DNA from: an uncultured delta proteobacterium
GTDB lineage: Bacteria; Desulfobacterota; Desulfobacteria; Desulfobacterales; B30-G6
NCBI GenBank assembly: GCA_963823335.1
Contig: CAWGLD010000005.1
Coordinates: 32,001 to 96,000, forward strand
Direction: 5' to 3'
Length of the DNA stretch: 64,000 bases
Shown here: positions 58,102-64,000 of the stretch, in pieces
Position numbering within the stretch: the stretch's first letter is position 1
How the letters are laid out: every line of letters starts with the position of its first letter
The notes under the pieces: model-generated
Databases searched by the model: none
Seen by the model: only the letters and a program-made list of their open reading frames with translations
Told to the model about the DNA's origin: nothing
Translations under genes and position numbers: made by a program

Positions 58102-59187
58102 ATGAGCGAAGAAATGTATCTAAAGTTAGCCAAAGTGCTTGACACCCTCCCAAACGGCTTTCCTACAACAGAATCAGGCGTTGAAATCAAATTATTGAAA
58201 AAGATATTTAGACCCGAAGATACAGAGCTTTTCTGCGACTTGAAACTTAGTTTTGAGACTGCGGAGCAGATTTCAGAGAGAACAGGAAGACCGATAGATG
58301 GCTTGGAAGATCACTTGATTGAAATGTGGCGGAGAGGGCAACTTTTTGGAGCTGATATTGGAGGAATAATGGTTTTCAAAATGGTGCCTTGGGCATTCGG
58401 AATTTATGAATTTCAACTGCCCCACCTGGACCGTGAAATGGCAGAAATGTGTGAGGAGTACATGAAAGTTTTTGGTGAACAGTTTTTCAAAAATAAGCCG
58501 CAACTCATGCAAGTCGTCCCAGTTGAGAAAGAAATTTCTGCCAAACAGCAAACTCTTCATTACGAGCAGGTTTCCAATATAATTGAAAATAGCCAGTCAT
58601 TTGCTGTTTTTGACTGCATATGTAAAAAAGAAAAACACCTATTGGACAAAGGCTGCGATAAGCCATTAGAAATTTGTACTGCATATGCTCCTATCCCAGG
58701 CGTTTTCGATGAAGTACCGCATTACCGTTCAATGTCAAAAGATGAGGCATATGCCGTCTTGGACAAAGCAGAAAAGGCCGCTTTAGTCCATCTAACATGG
58801 AATATGGAAAGTGGTCATTTTTTTATCTGTAATTGTTGTGGCTGTTGCTGCCATGTTTTGACCTCTATCAATGATTTGGGGATAAATGCTTCCGACGTAA
58901 TTAATTCAAACTATTATGCTGAAATCAACTCTGATTCATGTATCGTCTGCAATACCTGCATTGATGAACGCTGCCAGGTAGTGGCAATTGAAGAGGGAGA
59001 TGATGCGAACCATATCATCCGTGAAAAATGTATTGGGTGCGGGCTTTGTATATCAACTTGTCCGACAGAATCCATAAAGCTGATACGAAAAGATCCCGAG
59101 GAAATAATTACGCCACCAAAAGATGAGATGGAATGGTTTGAAAAACGTGCAAACCAAGTAGGAGTAGATATCAGTAAGTATACATGA
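58102..59187 (+). CDS. 4Fe-4S dicluster protein
   Basis: NCCGCCC, CIVCNTC...C, CIGCGLCISTCP; SD AGGAGG. Confidence 0.92.
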   Translation: MSEEMYLKLAKVLDTLPNGFPTTESGVEIKLLKKIFRPEDTELFCDLKLSFETAEQISERTGRPIDGLEDHLIEMWRRGQLFGADIGGIMVFKMVPWAFGIYEFQLPHLDREMAEMCEEYMKVFGEQFFKNKPQLMQVVPVEKEISAKQQTLHYEQVSNIIENSQSFAVFDCICKKEKHLLDKGCDKPLEICTAYAPIPGVFDEVPHYRSMSKDEAYAVLDKAEKAALVHLTWNMESGHFFICNCCGCCCHVLTSINDLGINASDVINSNYYAEINSDSCIVCNTCIDERCQVVAIEEGDDANHIIREKCIGCGLCISTCPTESIKLIRKDPEEIITPPKDEMEWFEKRANQVGVDISKYT

Positions 59188-59223
59188 TTAATTATCCCAT
59201 GCTTATCAGCCGTGAGAAACGGT

Positions 59224-59370
59224 GATGCCTCCAACGAAAATGTAGATATCAGGCTCCTAATATTTTACCGGTGTGCGAAAATTATCACAACAGGCCAAAT
59301 CTTGCATTCATAAGCCCTGCCGTGATACCTTGATGATGACCAGATGGTATCGTTAATAATACCATAATTC
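59224..59370 (+). repeat. ~147-bp island repeat, copy 1
   Basis: Shares gtagatatcag, ttaccggtgtgcgaaaat, atcacaac, aatcttgcattcata, gatgacca.atggtatcg in order with 61770-61916. Confidence 0.9.
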
Positions 59371-59395
59371 AAAAACGCACGATGTTCTCCATGTA

Positions 59396-60065
59396 GTGTG
59401 CCAAGAGCGCACTTTTAAATATAGTGTGTGCAACTGTGTAAAAGATGAGGGTTGTTTGGCCCCTCGGAGCCGGCTTGCAGGAGCAGGCTTCAAACCGCCT
59501 AAAGCTGCGTTGGTTAAGAGCCAGGGTGGTGAGCGTTTAGGAAAAGTCACGGCATAGGATCGTGGCAGGTACGACTCAGAGAGATGAGCGCAAGCGAACC
59601 ATTCGATGAAGCGTCGAAAGATCATGGACGAGGTCAAAACTGAGCTGATATATGGGGTTCAGGATGAGCTTAGGGGGAGCCTGCGTATTGCCTAAGTGGC
59701 CTCCGGCGTTAAGGTGGCATGAATCTGAGTTAGGCTTTTGCATGGAACTTGGGAACCTGTCGTCTCGATGTTAAGGGAGAAATTCAAGTGGAGATCCCAC
59801 AAGAATGAGAGTACCGATGCGAGGCACAGGGGCGGATCATCCCGTATTAGTGTTGAAGTCTCTGTAATGGGGATGGAGTGAAGGGGATGAGCCAGCTCGC
59901 AGCAAGTGAAGGTCAACCAGGAAACTGGGAGGAACCGGATTTATTTCTGCGTAGGCTTGAGACCGTGAGGTTTCAAGAGAATGGCTGGCAGGAGCGGTAT
60001 GACGGGAGACTGTCACGTACCGTTCTGAGAGGGCCTGGGGGTGAAATTCCCCCGGGCACTCGACT
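59396..60065 (+). ncRNA. ORF-less group II intron (IIB, RmInt1/class D-like)
   Basis: 5' GTGTG; domain V gagcggtatgacgggagactgtcacgtaccgttc; domain VI hairpin ending cgac(t); no RT ORF; 3' end +/-1 nt. Confidence 0.92.
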
Positions 60066-60260
60066 CGGTATTGTTGAAATCGTCGAACCTTGACCAATCC
60101 GCTCAAATCATGTACGTATCTTACATTGCACTCAAATCACACTTGGGCTGAATCTTCAAACTGAACCTGATCTATCCTCATTCTCGACCTGTTCTTACCT
60201 TTCAAAGATGTATCATCTTTTTTTATCAATTGCTTTATTACAGACTCAGGAGGACAGATC

Positions 60261-61742
60261 ATGACGCTTTTCAAGAGGGTTCTTCAGCTAAGTGCAATCA
60301 TGTTTCTCATCAGTGCCCTCTTTTCCTGTGGAAAGTGTTCTGTCAAATCTCCCCATGACATCGACCTTGTCCATTTCAAATCCGCTACTGAGTTGACAAG
60401 CTCCATTCGGCGCGGCGAAATCACTTCCCTTGATCTTCTCAACCTCTACCTCGACCGCATAGAGCGTTATAATAATGATATCAATGCAGTCGTTGCCCTG
60501 GATATAACTGCAGCCCGGGCGCGAGCAGCGGAAGCAGACAAAGCTCTCGTGGAGGGCAAAGACTGGGGGCCACTCCATGGCCTCCCAATGACGGTTAAGG
60601 ATGTATTTGAAGTGGTTGGCATGCCCACAACATCGGGTGACCCAATGCTCAAAGGTTACATCCCAGATCGTAATGCAATAGCGGTACAACGTCTAATCGA
60701 TGCAGGTGCAATAATATTTGGCAAAACGAACGTTCCATTCCATGCATCGGATATTCAAACTTACAACGAAATCTATGGTACGACTAATAATCCCTGGGAT
60801 TTGTCCAGAACTCCAGGCGGTTCATCAGGCGGCTCGGCCGCGGCTCTCGCTGCCGGATTTACTCCTCTCGAACTGGGGAGCGACATAGGGGGGTCAGTCC
60901 GTAATCCAGCCCACTACACAGGGGTTTTCGGACATAAACCTACTTTTGGAATTGTTCCGAGATATGGACATATACCACCAATGCCCGGCCAGGTTCCCCC
61001 ACACGTAATGCCTGCGATTCCGCTTTTCGTAGTCGGACCTCTTGCTCGTAGTGCCGATGACTTAGAATTAGCTATAGAAGTATTGACGACTCCAAATAGG
61101 ATGGACAAGAGCGCTAACAGACCAGAGCTGTTGCCACCGCGAAGGCAGCAATTCAAAGATTATCGTGTTGCTGTGTGGCTCACGGATCCCTATCCAGCAG
61201 CCGAAATCGATGATGAAGTCTTGGCAGCACTCAAGATGACCGTAGAAAAACTGCGTGGTGCCGGTCTTGACATAGACGAGGAAGCGCGGCCTAACATCGA
61301 TTTGTTAATAGACGGATCACTTTGGTATGAAATATACAGTCAGATGATGATCGGCTCATTACCGCTGGATGAGGTGCTTGTCGAAAGACAGAAAAAGCAA
61401 CAAGCAATGTGGGCTGAACTATTTGAACGTTATGATGTACTGCTCGCTCCTATATCGCCAACTGTTGCCTTTCCGCATGACCATAAGGGGACGTTAACGA
61501 CCCGCAGTTTGGAGATCAATGGCCAGCAGAAACCCATGCTAAACAACATGACTTGGGCTTATATGGCAGTTGTATCAGGATTGCCGGCAACTGTTGCACC
61601 CGTTGGGCTGAGCGAATCAGGTCTTCCAGTAGGTATTCAGATTATTGGTGCCAGATTCGAGGATAGGACAACCATAGCTTTTGCTAAAGCTTTATCTGAG
61701 CTAATTGGTGGATTCAAACCTCCACCAGGCTTTGATAATTAG
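60261..61742 (+). CDS. Amidase-signature family protein, possible lipoprotein
   Basis: GLPMTVKD, GGSSGGS, GSDIGGSVRNPA; N-terminal LFSC lipobox-like. Confidence 0.94.
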   Translation: MTLFKRVLQLSAIMFLISALFSCGKCSVKSPHDIDLVHFKSATELTSSIRRGEITSLDLLNLYLDRIERYNNDINAVVALDITAARARAAEADKALVEGKDWGPLHGLPMTVKDVFEVVGMPTTSGDPMLKGYIPDRNAIAVQRLIDAGAIIFGKTNVPFHASDIQTYNEIYGTTNNPWDLSRTPGGSSGGSAAALAAGFTPLELGSDIGGSVRNPAHYTGVFGHKPTFGIVPRYGHIPPMPGQVPPHVMPAIPLFVVGPLARSADDLELAIEVLTTPNRMDKSANRPELLPPRRQQFKDYRVAVWLTDPYPAAEIDDEVLAALKMTVEKLRGAGLDIDEEARPNIDLLIDGSLWYEIYSQMMIGSLPLDEVLVERQKKQQAMWAELFERYDVLLAPISPTVAFPHDHKGTLTTRSLEINGQQKPMLNNMTWAYMAVVSGLPATVAPVGLSESGLPVGIQIIGARFEDRTTIAFAKALSELIGGFKPPPGFDN

Positions 61743-61769
61743 CACAAATGCACTTTTATTTAGCTAATA

Positions 61770-61916
61770 GATGAAACCAACAAAACCGTAGATATCAGAC
61801 CCCTAAAAATTACCGGTGTGCGAAAATAATCACAACCGACCGAATCTTGCATTCATAGACCCTAGTGTGGTACCGTGGGGATGACCAAATGGTATCGGCA
61901 ATATTGTCTATAATTC
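61770..61916 (+). repeat. ~147-bp island repeat, copy 2
   Basis: Colinear with 59224-59370. Confidence 0.9.
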
Positions 61917-62068
61917 CAGTTGGTAAGATACTCTCCATCAATCACCATTCTGAGATTCAGGTTTATTGCCTAATCTACAGATTAGAACTGGTTTAATTAT
62001 TACGCTCGTAATATATCCAGAACCACACAATAACTTTTCACGTGTTAAAGAATAAAGGAGGTTTCCAT

Positions 62069-62359
62069 ATGAGTGCATATATTGTTGTTGACACCAAGAT
62101 AAACAATCCAGAGATATATGAAGAGTATAAAAAACTTGCGAAGCCCATCGCTGAAAAATACGGAGGTGTTTATCGAGTTAGAGGTGGAGCGATGGATGTT
62201 AGGCAAACTGAGCTTTGGACGCCCACCAGGATCGTAATTATCGAATTTCCTGATGTTAAAAGCGCGCAGGCATTTGCAGACTCAGATGAATATGCTCCGG
62301 TAAAATCTATGCGTTTAAAAAATGCCGAATGCACGTTATTTATCGTGGATGGAGGGTAA
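62069..62359 (+). CDS. DUF1330 family protein
   Basis: MSAYIVV...Y..Y...KYGG.YRVRGG...RIVIIEFP...SDEY; SD AAGGAGG. Confidence 0.9.
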   Translation: MSAYIVVDTKINNPEIYEEYKKLAKPIAEKYGGVYRVRGGAMDVRQTELWTPTRIVIIEFPDVKSAQAFADSDEYAPVKSMRLKNAECTLFIVDGG

Positions 62360-62600
62360 CCGACAACGACTCTACCAAGATGTATACATCGCACGGTACG
62401 GTCCAGGGTTATAACAGCCAGGCGATCGTCGACTCCAAACACCAGGTGATCGTTCATGGTGAGGCTCTTGGGAGGGGCCCGGACAACGAAAATCTACCAC
62501 CGGTATTGGATGGAGCCAAAGAGAATCTTCAAAGCATCGGCAAGCCCCCGGATTATTTTGAAGACAAGATCCTAACGGCTGATTCAAGCTATCACAGCAT
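62356..62600 (+). pseudogene. Internal fragment of an IS1182-family transposase
   Basis: TDNDSTKM.TSHG.VQGYN.Q..VD..HQVI...LTADSSYHS; no start, no ends. Confidence 0.75.
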
Positions 62601-62864
62601 AGCGGAGCGTGCAAGGTGTGTCGAATGTAGAGTCTTAGTGATTGGATTAGCCAACAGGTTATTGCGTTGGTGATGGTGATGGTGCCATGCAATAAATCAG
62701 GCTTATGCAGGCGGTCGGAAATGGCTCTAAGTAAGAGTTAATTACCACCGGACTGACGATGAGCAGGGCAATAAACAGATGACCCGGTTATGAATCAGAA
62801 AGCGGCAAAGAGCGGTGACCCAACCGTCTATCTTTTCGAAAAACTCACAAGAGAGAAAGTAACC

Positions 62865-64000
62865 ATGACTCCACAGAAACGAGTAAGTACGACTGTACCA
62901 TTGAACTGGAAAGAAGTGTGGTTCACCAACTGCCCCATGGTATCTGCCAACAACGTCGACCAGGAACTGGGATGGTGCCGTGAAGAGTACAAGAAGATCG
63001 GCGTCGAGTACGCCTACTTCCGCCATGCACCGGAGAACAACTGGTACCCGCACTACATCCACAATCTCGACAATCTCATCCGATTCGGCGGTTTGTATCC
63101 CCCGATCCATGTTCACGCCGACTACCGTCGAACCAAACTGCTCGGGGCCACCTGGGTCTACGAAGGTGGTGGTTTGATCGTGCGCGCCCGCGACAGAATC
63201 TTCCGCGTGAAGGATCTGAAAGGGAAGAAGATCGGCATCTCCAAGAGCCTGAACACGATCAAGAACGACTGGTGGCGGATTCAGGAACACATGGCCATCG
63301 AAAATATCCTGATGCTGAACGACATGACCATGGACGATATAGAGCTCGTAGAGTTCCCCTACCCGGATGACTGGTATGACAAACCCGAGATGCTGACCCC
63401 GCCGATGAACAACCCCTCTGAGCTGTGGATGCGTCGCGACCACAAGCACGATCTGGCTTTCCGCCCGCTGGAAACGGCGCTCCTGGATGGCACCGTCGAT
63501 GCCATCTACACCCAGAGCAAGGTCTTCCAGCACCTCCAGGAGGCAACAGGTAAGATCAAGATGATTGTGGACCTGGCCAAGCTACCGGACTGGACCTTGC
63601 AGGTTGCCAACACCCCCGCCGTCATCACCTGTACCGAGGTGATGGCCAAGGAGCACCCCGAGCTGGTGATCGCCTACATGAAGGCCATGATCAAGGTCGG
63701 CCGTTGGGCCAACGAGCACAAACGCGCTGCTGCAGCGATTCTCAACCGGCAGACTTTCTACCTGGATGCCGAGGACACATACCAAGGCATCAAGCACGTC
63801 GATATGGTCCCAAGCCTGAGTGCTCAGAATTTGGAATGCATCAATATCGGCAAAGATTTCATGTTCAGCCACGGCTACATCAAGAACGACTTCAATGTGA
63901 ACGAATGGGCGGCCCCGGAGTTTCTGGAGAAGGCGGCGATGGAAGTGCTCAAGGAGGAATGGGAAAGAAGAAGCTGGAGCAAGCTTCCTCAAGGAGGTGG
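62865..64000 (+). CDS. DszB-like/SsuA-fold protein, 3'-partial (absent from ORF track because it has no stop in the window)
   Basis: Open frame from ATG 62865: WFTNCPM, PHYIHNLDNLIRFGG, DLKGKKIG, GTVDAIY, EHPELV, HGYIKNDF. Confidence 0.88.
   Translation, partial: MTPQKRVSTTVPLNWKEVWFTNCPMVSANNVDQELGWCREEYKKIGVEYAYFRHAPENNWYPHYIHNLDNLIRFGGLYPPIHVHADYRRTKLLGATWVYEGGGLIVRARDRIFRVKDLKGKKIGISKSLNTIKNDWWRIQEHMAIENILMLNDMTMDDIELVEFPYPDDWYDKPEMLTPPMNNPSELWMRRDHKHDLAFRPLETALLDGTVDAIYTQSKVFQHLQEATGKIKMIVDLAKLPDWTLQVANTPAVITCTEVMAKEHPELVIAYMKAMIKVGRWANEHKRAAAAILNRQTFYLDAEDTYQGIKHVDMVPSLSAQNLECINIGKDFMFSHGYIKNDFNVNEWAAPEFLEKAAMEVLKEEWERRSWSKLPQGG

Noticed and set aside
59224-59370. Integron attC interpretation of the island repeat
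   Set aside because: No clear RYYYAAC...GTTRRRY pair, no end-to-end palindrome, and no intI in the window
62742-63992. Minus-strand ORFs of 263, 95 and 136 aa
   Set aside because: Antisense shadows of the + strand DszB-like gene

Overview
Chromosomal window of a sulfate-reducer-like deltaproteobacterium (Desulfobacterota, probably Desulfobacterales; inferred by eye from the 16S sequence and gene content, not from a search). 1-57,331 is mostly core genome: rny (5'-partial), tyrS, a complete rrn operon (16S, tRNA-Ile, tRNA-Ala, 23S, 5S), a sigma-54 two-component pair, an Aap-type amino-acid ABC transporter, a 2-oxoacid:ferredoxin oxidoreductase/acyl-CoA dehydrogenase/thioesterase unit, der, rarA, a thiolase, gyrA-gpsA, radC, pgk, glpK, an orphan S24 repressor, cinA, an SPFH/zinc-ribbon pair, an HD-GYP protein, def-fmt-rsmB-PASTA-rpe, ribF and tRNA-Leu(CAG). 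After tRNA-Leu lies a decayed accessory island: truncated integrase, 4Fe-4S protein, ORF-less RmInt1-like group II intron, amidase, DUF1330 protein, IS1182 fragment and a DszB-like gene running off the window. The most unusual signals are: (i) an 18-bp-period array of covarying C-GNA-G mini-hairpins at 19679-19819 with a second copy at 9963-10019; (ii) two genes (fmt and a zinc-ribbon gene) that appear to need an ATC start codon; (iii) an ORF-less group II intron whose EBS1 still matches its flanking exon; (iv) a ~147-bp repeat following two island cargo genes; (v) three small ORFs missed by the ORF track. All gene calls are from motif recognition without database searches.
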